Below are positions 51,034 through 60,832 of a stretch of 64,000 nucleotides of DNA, one piece after another. Source of the DNA: Planctomycetota bacterium (GTDB taxonomy: Bacteria; Planctomycetota; UBA1135; UBA2386); assembly GCA_965223545.1 (NCBI GenBank), contig OZ245006.1, forward strand, positions 3,200,001 through 3,264,000. The letters run 5' to 3'. Every line of letters begins with the position of its first letter. The stretch's first letter is position 1. The notes below the pieces were generated by a model. It was not told where the DNA came from. It ran no database searches and saw nothing but the letters and a program-made list of their open reading frames with translations. The position numbers and the translations under genes are program-made.

Positions 51034-51152
51034 CTGACCAAACCGCCCCTTGTTCGACCCAACCGACCTCGGGCCTCACGCCGCACTATCGGCAGCGCGG
51101 CCGCTCGGCCTGCAGCCGCGCGACACACGGGCCACGTCATCGCCAGCGCAAG

Positions 51153-54080
51153 CTAACGCTGTTGGAGTGCCGCGTTCGCGGCGAGCGCCAGCTCCGCCAG
51201 CGCCTGCTCGACGAGTCGCGCATCGGGAGTCAGCGTGGCGAGGGCCACCTCATCGCCGCTCAGCACCGCGTCGATCACCCCTACCGAGCGGGAGACCGGC
51301 CGGCGCACGCCTTCGACGTAGAACCTGCAGACGACCTCGTAGCGCCCCTCGAGCATCAACCGCACCCGCACCCGATCGCTGTCGCCGAGCCACGCCCCGC
51401 TGCTCTTGCCGAGGGCGGCGCGGGCAAAGCCCCGGGTCTTGCCGGTGCGCTGATCGATCGCCTCGAAGTCACTCATCGGCAAGCCGGTGTCGCCGGCATA
51501 GACCAATGAGACGCGCACTCGCCGGTCGGCACCCACCATCGCGCGCAGTCCGGGCAGCTCGACGTCGAGTGGCTGTCGCGCGCTCAGCACGATGCGCGCC
51601 TCGCCGGGAAACAGCCGCTGCTGGCGCGGCGCGTGGCCGTTGCTCATGGCGACCACGTCGACGACGGGGTCCGTCGCGACGAACTCGACGCGGTTGCCGC
51701 GCCACGGGTAGCCGATGGTCTGTCGGGCGCCGTTCGCGTCGGTCAGCTGCACGAGCAACGGCGAGGCGGGTCGCAGCGCGCGCCCCGAGAGGTCGAACGC
51801 CGCGACCTCGTAGCGAAACAGTCGACCGTTCAGGTCGACGCCCTGCAGGCGCGGATCCACGACCCGTTGGCCGGGCCCGACATGCAAGCCGGACACCCGC
51901 AGCAGCGGGCGGGCCGCGCCGCGCAGCGCGAGGGCCAGCGTGTAGTCGCCGGCGTGCAGATTCCTCACTCGGAAACCGAACTTGCCACGGCGGACACGGA
52001 GCTCGTCGTCGCGCACGCGTTCACCATTCCGCCACAGCTCGAGACGCAGCACACCACGGGGCAGCCAATCGGGACCCTTGCCTCCGCCCTGCAGCTGGCC
52101 GAACCGTTCGAGGCTGAAGTCGCGGCGTTCGCCGAACGCGATCTCGGCGCTGTCGGGGGTCGCGTGGCCCGAAGCGCGGACCGCGACGCGGACCCGCCCC
52201 GCCCGCCGTTCGCCGCGCAGCTCATAGCGTCCGTCGGCGTCGGTGCGCACCTGCAACCCGGCCTCATCGCGCCAGCGGGGCCCGCGGTCGCCGTTCGCGC
52301 GCAGCTGCTGCAGCGAGACCCGGGCGCGCCGGATCGGCGCCCCCACGTCGTCGACGACGACGCCGTGCACCAACACCGGCAACTCGGAGACCACGACGTC
52401 ACCCACGTCGTGCACGCCGCCGGCGCGCAATGCCGTCACCGGTACGAGAGCTCCACTGAGGCGATCGCCATTGTCGATGCGCACCTCGAGGGCGTAGGGG
52501 GGCCTCGGCTCGCCGAGCTTGAACATGAGCTCGAACCGGCCGTCGGCACCGATGGAGATCCGCTCCCCCTCGATCCTTCCCCTGGCTCCGGACAGCATCA
52601 AGTCGGCGTCGAGCGCCACGGGTCGCCGCTCGGCGTCGACGAGCCGGCCGCGGAGCACGGTGACCCAGTCGGGCACGTCCAGCGCGAGAGTGACGGTCTC
52701 GCCCGCCGCCGGCCCGCGCAGATCGGATTGCACGAAATCGAAATCGTCGTCGGCGAAGCGCACCGCGGCGTCGAGCAACAGCCCCGCGCCGACGGGGGCC
52801 AGCCACACGGTGTGCGCGCCGAGTGGCTTGGACACCTCGAGCGCGGCCAGCTTGCGCAAGCTCTCGACCTGCTCCGCTGGAACGGCGAACGACGCCGGCG
52901 ACGACGACGCCAACCGGAGCCCGACCTTGCACGGGGTCTGCAACGGCGTTCCATCCGGGCCGCGCAGCACTACTTCGACGGCACCGAGACCGCCGACGCG
53001 CAGCTCGATCTCGCGCTCGGGCACCGCATGGATCGCGAACCGCGCGAGCGCGGGTGCCTGCTGCGGCGTCACCACCAGCAGAACGAACTCCGCGTCGGTC
53101 GCGTCCGCCGCGTCCGCCGCCGACGGCTTCCGCCAACGGGTCGTGCCCGCCAGCGAGCCCAGCTCCGCCGCGGCTCGCTGCTTCTGCTCGGCAACACGGC
53201 GCAGGTTCTCCACCGCCGACCGCACCAGCGCTTGCTCCGCCGCGCGACTGGCGGCGCTCGCCTGCCGTTGGCGGCGCTGCCGCGCGGCGTCGATCTCGGC
53301 GCGATGCGCGCGGATCACACTCTCCGCTTCGCGCAGCTGGGCCTTGAGCGCGACCTGGCGGGGTGACACCGATTCGCGGTAGAGCTGAAGGTGCGACAGC
53401 CGCACCCGCCCCTCTGCATCGCTGATCTCGGTGCGCCGCAGGCGCAGCGAGACCAGCAGGTCGTTGCAGAGCCCGACGGGCACACCCGGCACCGGCAGTC
53501 CTTCGGCATCGACGACGCGCGCCGATACCGAGTAGTCGGCGTGCAGCTCCAGCACCGGCTCCTCGCTCTCGGGAGCGCGCCCGTACAGCGCCAGGACCCC
53601 GAACTTCTGCGGCGCCCGCGCCGCGACCAGGAGCCGGCTGCCGAACGCCGGCAAACGGACCAGCCCCTGTGCGTTCGTCAGCTGAGCGGTGGCGCGCGCC
53701 TCGACGATCTCGGCCCAGTGCGCGCGCTCCCATGAACCCGGGCGGTCGGCGCGCCACCGGTCGACGGCGTCGTTCTTGGCGACGAACACCTCCGCCGCCA
53801 CCGCCGGCTGGCGAGTGACGGCATCGATGACGCGCAGCAACCGGCCGGCACCGGCGGTGTCGTCCACCGCGTCGAGCGCCCGCCGCGCGCCGCCGGATTC
53901 CGGCGCGTGCGCGCGGCTCGCGGCGGCGTCGGCGGCCAGAGTCGAGGTTTGGCTCGACTCCGCGGTCCCGCCGCGGGGGGCGGCGACCGGCGGACCCTGG
54001 GTTGCCGGCGCCAGCGACCAAGCCGCCATCCCGACCGCTCCACAGAGGACGAGTCCGAGGATCGTGGCTTGGGCTTTCAT
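51153..54080 (-). CDS. Exported carboxypeptidase-regulatory-like repeat protein
   Basis: N-terminal anchor; repeats ARVVDAEGLPVPG, GRLVDAE, GVVVDDVGAPI..TDADGRY. Confidence 0.72.
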   Translation of the reverse strand: MKAQATILGLVLCGAVGMAAWSLAPATQGPPVAAPRGGTAESSQTSTLAADAAASRAHAPESGGARRALDAVDDTAGAGRLLRVIDAVTRQPAVAAEVFVAKNDAVDRWRADRPGSWERAHWAEIVEARATAQLTNAQGLVRLPAFGSRLLVAARAPQKFGVLALYGRAPESEEPVLELHADYSVSARVVDAEGLPVPGVPVGLCNDLLVSLRLRRTEISDAEGRVRLSHLQLYRESVSPRQVALKAQLREAESVIRAHRAEIDAARQRRQRQASAASRAAEQALVRSAVENLRRVAEQKQRAAAELGSLAGTTRWRKPSAADAADATDAEFVLLVVTPQQAPALARFAIHAVPEREIELRVGGLGAVEVVLRGPDGTPLQTPCKVGLRLASSSPASFAVPAEQVESLRKLAALEVSKPLGAHTVWLAPVGAGLLLDAAVRFADDDFDFVQSDLRGPAAGETVTLALDVPDWVTVLRGRLVDAERRPVALDADLMLSGARGRIEGERISIGADGRFELMFKLGEPRPPYALEVRIDNGDRLSGALVPVTALRAGGVHDVGDVVVSELPVLVHGVVVDDVGAPIRRARVSLQQLRANGDRGPRWRDEAGLQVRTDADGRYELRGERRAGRVRVAVRASGHATPDSAEIAFGERRDFSLERFGQLQGGGKGPDWLPRGVLRLELWRNGERVRDDELRVRRGKFGFRVRNLHAGDYTLALALRGAARPLLRVSGLHVGPGQRVVDPRLQGVDLNGRLFRYEVAAFDLSGRALRPASPLLVQLTDANGARQTIGYPWRGNRVEFVATDPVVDVVAMSNGHAPRQQRLFPGEARIVLSARQPLDVELPGLRAMVGADRRVRVSLVYAGDTGLPMSDFEAIDQRTGKTRGFARAALGKSSGAWLGDSDRVRVRLMLEGRYEVVCRFYVEGVRRPVSRSVGVIDAVLSGDEVALATLTPDARLVEQALAELALAANAALQQR

Positions 54081-54239
54081 CAGCTTGAGCAGCGCCGCTT
54101 CGCCGGGCGCCGACTTCCTACCCTACGGATCGGCCGGGCGAGTGGCGCGATTGCAACGCAAACGATACAGAAGGCCGTGCCGGCCGGCCGCGGTGCAGGG
54201 ACGGTTGCGGCCAAGCCGGTCGGCCGGCAGGATCGCGGC

Positions 54240-54947
54240 ATGCGGGTTTTGATCGTGAAGACCGGCGAGACCGTGGCCCCTCTGCAAGGTACTCGTGGAG
54301 ACTTCGAGGACTGGTTCCGGCAGGGGCTGGGGCTCTCCGCCGAGGCGGCTCCGATGGTCCGACCACACCGCGGCGAGCCGCTGCCGACGCTCGACGAGGT
54401 CGAGGTCGCCGTGATCACGGGCTCACCGGCCATGGTCACCGACGCCGCGCCGTGGAGCATCGAGACCGAGAACTGGATCCGCCACTTGGCGGATGCCGGC
54501 AGGTGGATCCTGGGTGTGTGCTACGGGCACCAGCTGCTCGCCCGCGCGTTCGGCGGCGCGGTCACCGATCACGCCGAGGGGAGCGAAGTCGGCACGGTCG
54601 AAGTGCAGCTGACCGAGACCGCCAAGGGCGATCCACTGCTCGGCGGCCTGCCGTCCCCGTTGATCGTCCAGAGTAGCCACCGACAGGTCGTGAGCCGACT
54701 GCCCCGCGACGCGCGGCGGTTGGCTTTCAACGATCACGATGCCAACCAGGCATTCGCCATTGGCGAGCGCGCGTGGGGCGTGCAGTTCCACCCGGAGTTC
54801 GACGCCGACATCATCCGCGGCTACCTTGCGCACCGCGCGGACGCGCTCGGCGACGAGGGCATCGACGTGCGCGCGCGCGCCGCCGCGGCGCGCGACAGCG
54901 ACCACGGCGTGCGCATTCTGCGGCGGTTCGTCGAGCTGGCGCGCTGA
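54240..54947 (+). CDS. Class I glutamine amidotransferase (standalone)
   Basis: ITGSP, LGVCYGHQLLA, GVQFHPE (Cys-His-Glu triad). Confidence 0.92.
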   Translation: MRVLIVKTGETVAPLQGTRGDFEDWFRQGLGLSAEAAPMVRPHRGEPLPTLDEVEVAVITGSPAMVTDAAPWSIETENWIRHLADAGRWILGVCYGHQLLARAFGGAVTDHAEGSEVGTVEVQLTETAKGDPLLGGLPSPLIVQSSHRQVVSRLPRDARRLAFNDHDANQAFAIGERAWGVQFHPEFDADIIRGYLAHRADALGDEGIDVRARAAAARDSDHGVRILRRFVELAR

Positions 54948-55005
54948 GTGACGGGCCGCGGCGGCGGTCGATGGCGAAGCGAGAAAATCGAGTCTGACTC
55001 GGTAC

Positions 55006-55494
55006 TTATCGCAGGCAGCACTTTTTGAACTTGCGGCCGCTGCCGCAGGGACAGGGGTCGTTGCGGCCGGTCTTTTCCGCGCGGTGGACGACGGTCTTGC
55101 CGGGTCGACGCACGACACCGTCACGGTGGGCCGCGCCGGTGGACACCGCGTGGGCGAAGGCCGCCAGGGCGGACTCCATGCCGGCGCGCAGCTCGTAGAT
55201 CGCGGGTACGACGTGCTCTTCTGCCAGGTGCTCGAGGAACGCCGGCAGCACTTCTGGCACGGCGGCCGCCAGCGGATCGCGCACGCCGAAGCGCCGCGGC
55301 AAGTGCTCGGCCAGTGCGACGACCAAGTCGTCCCCGTCCAGCAGGCGCGGCGCCTTGCCGACGTCCTCGTAACAGGTCGCCGCAAAGTGTTGCACGATGC
55401 GACGCTGTTCGTCGGCAGAGCGACCGCGAATGCCGGTCGCATGGACGGAGTCCATGAACTTCGCGGCATCCAGCAGCACCCGGTTCTCGGCCAT
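55006..55494 (-). CDS. SEC-C motif protein
   Basis: C-terminal [18 protein letters not shown]. Confidence 0.85.
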   Translation of the reverse strand: MAENRVLLDAAKFMDSVHATGIRGRSADEQRRIVQHFAATCYEDVGKAPRLLDGDDLVVALAEHLPRRFGVRDPLAAAVPEVLPAFLEHLAEEHVVPAIYELRAGMESALAAFAHAVSTGAAHRDGVVRRPGKTVVHRAEKTGRNDPCPCGSGRKFKKCCLR

Positions 55495-55605
55495 CCAGCC
55501 AATGCTACGGCACGGGGACCCGGCGGTCGCATGGTCGTGGCGCGCGTTTCTCCTCAACCCCGCGGGTCGCCGGCGTCGATGCGAGCTTCGAACGGGGTTA
55601 GGAGT

Positions 55606-56709
55606 ATGAGTCGCCTGGACAAGTCCGTCGCTTCGCAAGATCACGCCTCTTCGGAGGAGCTGGCTGCGCTCGTGCAGCAATGCGCCAAGCTCTGCGCTAG
55701 CGCCGAGACCAAGATCGGCGCGCTGCCCAGCGAGTCCGCGACCTTCTTGGCGCAGAACCTGAGCGCATCGATGCGCCAGGTCGAGCTGATCCTGCGGGTC
55801 ATCGACGACCAGGGAGCGCACCGCGATCAGGAGCGCAAGAGCTTCTTGCGCCGCCTGTTCGGACGCGACGCCGACAACGCGGGAGCGGCGGATGGCGCGG
55901 CCGACCCGGGCCTGCCGACGTTCGACGTCTCGTCGCAAGGGCTGCAGGGCAACGCCTGGACCATCTCCATCGCCGAGCTGCTCGGCTTCCTCGCCTTCGC
56001 CCACAAGTCCGGCATCCTGTGGGTCGACGGTCCGGGCGAGAACTTCTTGATCGGCATCGTCGAAGGTCGCCTGATGCACGCCAGCAGCGACAGCACCCCT
56101 GAAGGGCTGCGGCTCGGCGAGGTCCTGGTCGGGCTCGGGTTCTTGACGCGGCGGCAGCTCGAGCGCTTCCTCAACCGCGAGGAGATCGCCAACAACGACG
56201 CGGTGTGTGGCGAAGCGCTACTGGAGAGCGGCATGATCTCCGACGAAGAGCTGCGCGAGGCGCTGGTGCACCAAACGACCAGCCTGTTCTCGCGCATGAT
56301 CGGGCACCAGCACGCGGTGTTCCGCTTCCAAGAAGGCGTCAACGTGCAGCTCGCGTTCCAGGTCGACCTCGACATCAACCAGCTGTTGCTCGACTGCGCA
56401 CGCATCGGCGACGAAGAAGACAACCCCGCGGCCCTCGCCTCGTCCATTCTCAACGAATGGGAGTCCTGGCGTTCGGAGCTCAGCGAGAAGGCGCCGGCAC
56501 TGGCCGCCAGCGATACGCCTGCAGAAGAGGACGACGCTGCGGGCGACCATGCGAGCGCCGCCGACACCACGCTGGTCGACAGCCCGCTGGACCACGCGTC
56601 CGGCGACGACGACGACACCGACGACGACGCCCTCGAGAGTGCCCTCGCAACCGACGGCGACAGCGCCGCTGAGAACGAGCCCCCGACGACGAGCCCCAAC
56701 GCGGGCTGA
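55606..56709 (+). CDS. DUF4388-like protein with acidic C-terminal tail
   Basis: [57 protein letters not shown] upstream. Confidence 0.78.
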   Translation: MSRLDKSVASQDHASSEELAALVQQCAKLCASAETKIGALPSESATFLAQNLSASMRQVELILRVIDDQGAHRDQERKSFLRRLFGRDADNAGAADGAADPGLPTFDVSSQGLQGNAWTISIAELLGFLAFAHKSGILWVDGPGENFLIGIVEGRLMHASSDSTPEGLRLGEVLVGLGFLTRRQLERFLNREEIANNDAVCGEALLESGMISDEELREALVHQTTSLFSRMIGHQHAVFRFQEGVNVQLAFQVDLDINQLLLDCARIGDEEDNPAALASSILNEWESWRSELSEKAPALAASDTPAEEDDAAGDHASAADTTLVDSPLDHASGDDDDTDDDALESALATDGDSAAENEPPTTSPNAG

Positions 56710-56731
56710 TCAAGGGCCGCCCGGGGGCTGG

Positions 56732-58030
56732 CTACAGCTGTCGGTGCACGGCGCCGATCCGCGCCGCGGTGTCGCCGTCGACACCCGCTTGCTCGGCGAA
56801 GCGCGGCCACTCACGCACCGCGCCGCGCACGTGGTCCAGGAGCTCCTCTGCACCGGAACGCCGCAGCGACACCGACTTGCCGCAGGCGACGAAGTCCGCC
56901 ACGTCGAAGGCCTCGCGCTTGCCGGCGATCGACATCTGATGGCGGCCTGTCCACGCCCCGTCGGGGTTGTAGGCGTAAGTGACGTCGAACGCCGGCGACA
57001 GGCTCCATTGGCCGCGGCGATCCATGAGGAATGCGATGTTCTTGACGTGGTCGTCTTGATTGCGCGCCAGGACGTTGAACAGCATCCGGCGGAACTGCTC
57101 TTCGATGGCCGCCATCGGTAGACCCAAGCGGCGCATGACGAGCATCGCCTGCTCGTAGCTGTGCGCTCCCGCGGCGTTGAAGTCGTAGTGTGCGATCGCC
57201 GCCAACGACTGCATGTGGCGCTTGGTGCCAACCTCCGGGTCGCGGTCGAAACGCCGCGTGACGAAGTGGCTGCGTCCGTTCTCGTGCAGCAGACGACTCT
57301 CCGTCATCTCCACCCCGGCGGCGCGGGCCATCAGGTGGTAGGCGTACTCGATGCGTCCGTACCCCTGAGGATCAGCCAGCTCCCGGTCGCGGTTGCCACG
57401 CACGCCGTCGAACTTGAGCAGCCAGTGTGAGAACCCGGCCGCGGCATCGACCTGGCCGGAGCGAACCTCGCCGGTCTGTGGGTTCCAGGCGATCACCGCC
57501 TTGGCGCGGGCTCCCCCGGCCGACGTCCCAACGCGCAAGATGTCCTGCACGGCGCTGGGCTGCGGGCGGTCGCTCAGCAGCGCGACGAAGTGCTCTCGGT
57601 CGGTGAGCACCGCGTCGGCGAGCGCGACCAACGCCGCGACATCGAGGGGCTCGTCACTGCGGGGACGAGGGCCGAGCGCAGGCGAGAACTCGAGCGCCCC
57701 CATCCCGCGCTGACCGGTGTAGCAGAGTCGCTCGACGGGGTTGAAGGACTCCGGCGTGCGCCCGCGCGCCGCCAACCATGCATCGATCACCGCGTTGCCG
57801 AAGCGGTCCGGCAGCACGTCCGCCAGCATGCCGGGAAGCCCGGCGAAGGAGTCGCGGGGAAGCGCCGGAAACGAGTAGGGACGCCGCCCCAGCGGCATGG
57901 TGAGCGGCGCCACCTCGATCCCGCTCGCGGCGAACGCGGGGTCGTACTCGAAGAACCCCAAGGCGCGGCCGGCATCCCAGTGGACCGCGCCGATGCGCGA
58001 GCCCCACAACTCGACCCGCGCGGTGGTCAC
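56732..58030 (-). CDS. hipA: HipA family toxin kinase (with N-terminal couple_hipA domain)
   Basis: FEYDPAF, LPDRFG, GMGALEF, TSAGGARAK, WLLKFD, RRFDR, RNQDDHVKN, LSPAFD. Confidence 0.93.
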   Translation of the reverse strand: MTTARVELWGSRIGAVHWDAGRALGFFEYDPAFAASGIEVAPLTMPLGRRPYSFPALPRDSFAGLPGMLADVLPDRFGNAVIDAWLAARGRTPESFNPVERLCYTGQRGMGALEFSPALGPRPRSDEPLDVAALVALADAVLTDREHFVALLSDRPQPSAVQDILRVGTSAGGARAKAVIAWNPQTGEVRSGQVDAAAGFSHWLLKFDGVRGNRDRELADPQGYGRIEYAYHLMARAAGVEMTESRLLHENGRSHFVTRRFDRDPEVGTKRHMQSLAAIAHYDFNAAGAHSYEQAMLVMRRLGLPMAAIEEQFRRMLFNVLARNQDDHVKNIAFLMDRRGQWSLSPAFDVTYAYNPDGAWTGRHQMSIAGKREAFDVADFVACGKSVSLRRSGAEELLDHVRGAVREWPRFAEQAGVDGDTAARIGAVHRQL

Positions 58031-58410
58031 TTCTCGTCGCCCCAGCGCCAGCTCGAGTCGCGCGGAGTCGACTTGCGCCGGCCCCCGGTCGCCCGCTGGC
58101 GTCGCCGCCCCTCGCGCTCGAGCATCTGGAGCGGACGCACCTCCGGCGCGGGCACGAGGGCGTCGAGGTTGGCGAGCAAGCCCAGGGCGCGCAGGATGCG
58201 GACCAAGTTGGTCAGCTGGGTCGACTCCCCGGCCTCCAGCCGGCGGACCGTCGATCGCGAGACCCCAGCCTCCTGTGCCAGCTCGGTCTGGGTCCAGTTG
58301 CGGTCGAGGCGAGATCGGGCGAGGCGGCGCCCCAGCTCGGCCAGGACCTCCCCATCTGCACCCTCAGCAACGCTCCGTATCCGAGTCACTGATGAGAGTA
58401 TCGGCGACAA
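58027..58410 (-). CDS. XRE-family HTH antitoxin (HipB-like); start may be GTG at 58389
   Basis: RLDRNWTQTELAQEAGVSRSTVRRLEAG; GTGA overlap with hipA. Confidence 0.88.
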   Translation of the reverse strand: MSPILSSVTRIRSVAEGADGEVLAELGRRLARSRLDRNWTQTELAQEAGVSRSTVRRLEAGESTQLTNLVRILRALGLLANLDALVPAPEVRPLQMLEREGRRRQRATGGRRKSTPRDSSWRWGDEK

Positions 58411-58496
58411 CGATCCAAAAGAGAATCAGTTTCTAGAATGATTCAGATCTGGATCATTTGCGCCGTATTCTCGATTTATGACTCTGTTTTGGACCA
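58411..58496. promoter_or_regulatory. Three 18-bp imperfect palindromic operators upstream of hipBA
   Basis: CGATCC-N6-GAATCA (58411-28), TGATTC-N6-GGATCA (58439-56), TGACTC-N6-GGACCA (58479-96), in an AT-rich patch. Confidence 0.7.
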
Positions 58497-58512
58497 CACA
58501 AGGAGATGGCGC

Positions 58513-58968
58513 TCAAGGCACGAAGACGAAGCTGATCGCGCCGTCCAAATCGACGCACGATGTACCCGGCACCCACGCCAAGCTCTGGACCGCGATGGTC
58601 CCGTAGCTGACGAGCAGCGCCGGGTTGTTCGGGATCGTGAAGGAAAGACTGTTGACGCCCTGCGGCAGCGAGACCCACAGCAGCTCGACCGACGTATCAC
58701 CGTAGAGCCGACACCCCGCCGCACACGCCAACGGCTGCGGCAAGGCAGTGGTGAACCCGGCGTGAAACGTGAGCCGGACCCACGAGAACGCCGTCGGCCC
58801 GTGACTGGGCACACCCAGCGTGGTCATCGTGCCCAGCTTGGTCGACGTGGCGGTCGGATACGCCGCGCCGGGGCAACCCGTGTTGTTGATCGGTGCCGTT
58901 TGCGACTGAGACGCCAGCGGCGCCACCAACAGACCGAGGCAGAGAAGGAAGGGGGCAGCTCGGAACAT
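58513..58968 (-). CDS. Small secreted protein resembling the shared C-terminal domain alone
   Basis: Signal peptide, then TGCPG..CRLY..FTIPNNPAL..AVQSL..DGAISF. Confidence 0.65.
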   Translation of the reverse strand: MFRAAPFLLCLGLLVAPLASQSQTAPINNTGCPGAAYPTATSTKLGTMTTLGVPSHGPTAFSWVRLTFHAGFTTALPQPLACAAGCRLYGDTSVELLWVSLPQGVNSLSFTIPNNPALLVSYGTIAVQSLAWVPGTSCVDLDGAISFVFVP

Positions 58969-59067
58969 TCGCCCACTATACCGCCCTGGGAAAAGCACCA
59001 CGTCCGCCGAGCCCACGCAAAGCAGGAGACCGACTACCCTCGAGTCTCCACATCCAAGGAGACCATC

Positions 59068-59574
59068 ATGAATGCCCGAACTTCCATCATGTGCGCGCTC
59101 GCTCTCTCCAGCGTGTTGCTCTCGGCGACGCAGTCGTCCGACCATGCGAACCGGTACGCCCCGGCACCGACGACCATCACGCAGAACGAGCCGATGGTGA
59201 TCTACAGCGTGACCGGCGGCACGCTCACCGGCGGAGTCCACCGGCAGCTCACGGTCTACAACAACGGCTTCGCCACGATCGCCAAGCTCGACACCCCGGT
59301 GTTTCCAACGCCGGGCACCTTCAAGGACGTCGAGACCACTTCGGTCGGCGCGACCGCGGCGCTCCAGCTTCTCATCGACCTGGTCAACGCCGGCGCCGCC
59401 ACCTTGCCGGAGCAGCAGTTCATTCTACCGGACGTCCCCTTGACCACCCTGACCGTCCTCGAAGGCCGCGAGATCGGGTTGTCGCGCACCATCAGCTTCA
59501 GCGGCGGGCCGCCGTACTCGGCGATGCAGCAGGTCATCGACCGCTTCGTCAACGCGACGTTCCCGGGATTCTGA
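59068..59574 (+). CDS. Secreted hypothetical protein
   Basis: AAGGAG RBS, signal peptide, LTVYNNG. Confidence 0.7.
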   Translation: MNARTSIMCALALSSVLLSATQSSDHANRYAPAPTTITQNEPMVIYSVTGGTLTGGVHRQLTVYNNGFATIAKLDTPVFPTPGTFKDVETTSVGATAALQLLIDLVNAGAATLPEQQFILPDVPLTTLTVLEGREIGLSRTISFSGGPPYSAMQQVIDRFVNATFPGF

Positions 59575-60703
59575 GCGCGCCGGCGGGCACGACCAAGACC
59601 GCCGCACCATCGTCGAGCGGTGCCTCGACACGCACCTCGCCCTCGCGCTTCTCGATGAGCAGCCCGCCACCGAACGGGCTCTCGAGCCCGAGATCGCCGC
59701 CCCCGGCGGCCAAGTGCGCCAGCTGCCGCAGCACCCGCAGCTTGGCCACGACCCGCCGCGGCTCGCACATCTGAGCGGTTGCCGGGCTGTAGAACACCCG
59801 CGTCATCGGATTGATCGACGCGGACAGCTCCGCTCTCACCTCACCGGTGACCCGCTCGAGCTCTTGCCAGCCAGCGCGCGCGGCCTCGCGCACACGCAAC
59901 ATCGCGCGCTGGTTCTCATCGGCGGCGTGCGGTCCGAGCACAGAAAACGCGACCTTGCCCCACCAGCTCGACGCCATTCCCGCGAACGGAGGAGCCCCGA
60001 CCCCGGCAAACCCACCGACGCACGCCTCGACCTCGTACGGCAGAGCCAGGTCCGGCATCTCCTCGTCGAGCACGGCGAGCTCCCGCGCCAATCGTCTCAG
60101 CATGGCTACGGGCCAACGCGTCAGCCGCGCTTCATCGCCAACGACATCCAGCACGTTGCGGATCGCAACGGCACCCGCCATCTGCTCGACCAACGTCCCC
60201 GCCGCCATCAAGTCGCGGCCGAACAACGCGCAATCGAGCAGCAGCCCCACTCCGGCACCGCGCTGCTCGAACACCGGATCGCCGACGACCCGTTGCACCG
60301 CGTGGTCGACCAACTCGATGGCGGCCAGCACGTCGATGCAGACCAGCGACGCGCCCGCGTGCAATGGTCGCTCGAACCGGGCCACACCACAGGCCGCCCC
60401 GGCACGGAGCGCGGCCAACGCCGGGCCATCCCCACCTTCGTCGCCGATCTGCTCGAGCGCGCGCCGGTAGTACTGCCACGCGTTGCCCTCGGTCGGCTGC
60501 CCCCGCAACGGCGGGCGCACGCCGCTGGCCGACGCCAGCCGCGCGGCGATCTCTCGGGCCCGGTCCACGACCCGCGTGCGCACACTGCTCAGACTGAGCA
60601 ACGACAGCGCACAGAACAAGACCAGCAGCGCAACGATGACGCCGATCACGGTCCCGGCTCGGCTCCTGCGACTCGTGCCGCGGCCTGCATCGTGTTCACT
60701 CAT
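59549..60703 (-). CDS. Hypothetical membrane-anchored helical protein
   Basis: N-terminal TM helix; GNAWQYYRRA..GTLVEQMAG..LESPFGG. Confidence 0.65.
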   Translation of the reverse strand: MSEHDAGRGTSRRSRAGTVIGVIVALLVLFCALSLLSLSSVRTRVVDRAREIAARLASASGVRPPLRGQPTEGNAWQYYRRALEQIGDEGGDGPALAALRAGAACGVARFERPLHAGASLVCIDVLAAIELVDHAVQRVVGDPVFEQRGAGVGLLLDCALFGRDLMAAGTLVEQMAGAVAIRNVLDVVGDEARLTRWPVAMLRRLARELAVLDEEMPDLALPYEVEACVGGFAGVGAPPFAGMASSWWGKVAFSVLGPHAADENQRAMLRVREAARAGWQELERVTGEVRAELSASINPMTRVFYSPATAQMCEPRRVVAKLRVLRQLAHLAAGGGDLGLESPFGGGLLIEKREGEVRVEAPLDDGAAVLVVPAGALRIPGTSR

Positions 60704-60832
60704 GGGTCCTCGGTCGATGAGCCCGCGGGAGCGCCCCGCCTTGAGCGCGCCCTTGGACCAACCGGCCCCCGACTTCTTCCCCACAAACGGTGAACCATTG
60801 CACGCACCGAGCGTTGCGCGTTCTTTTTGGCC

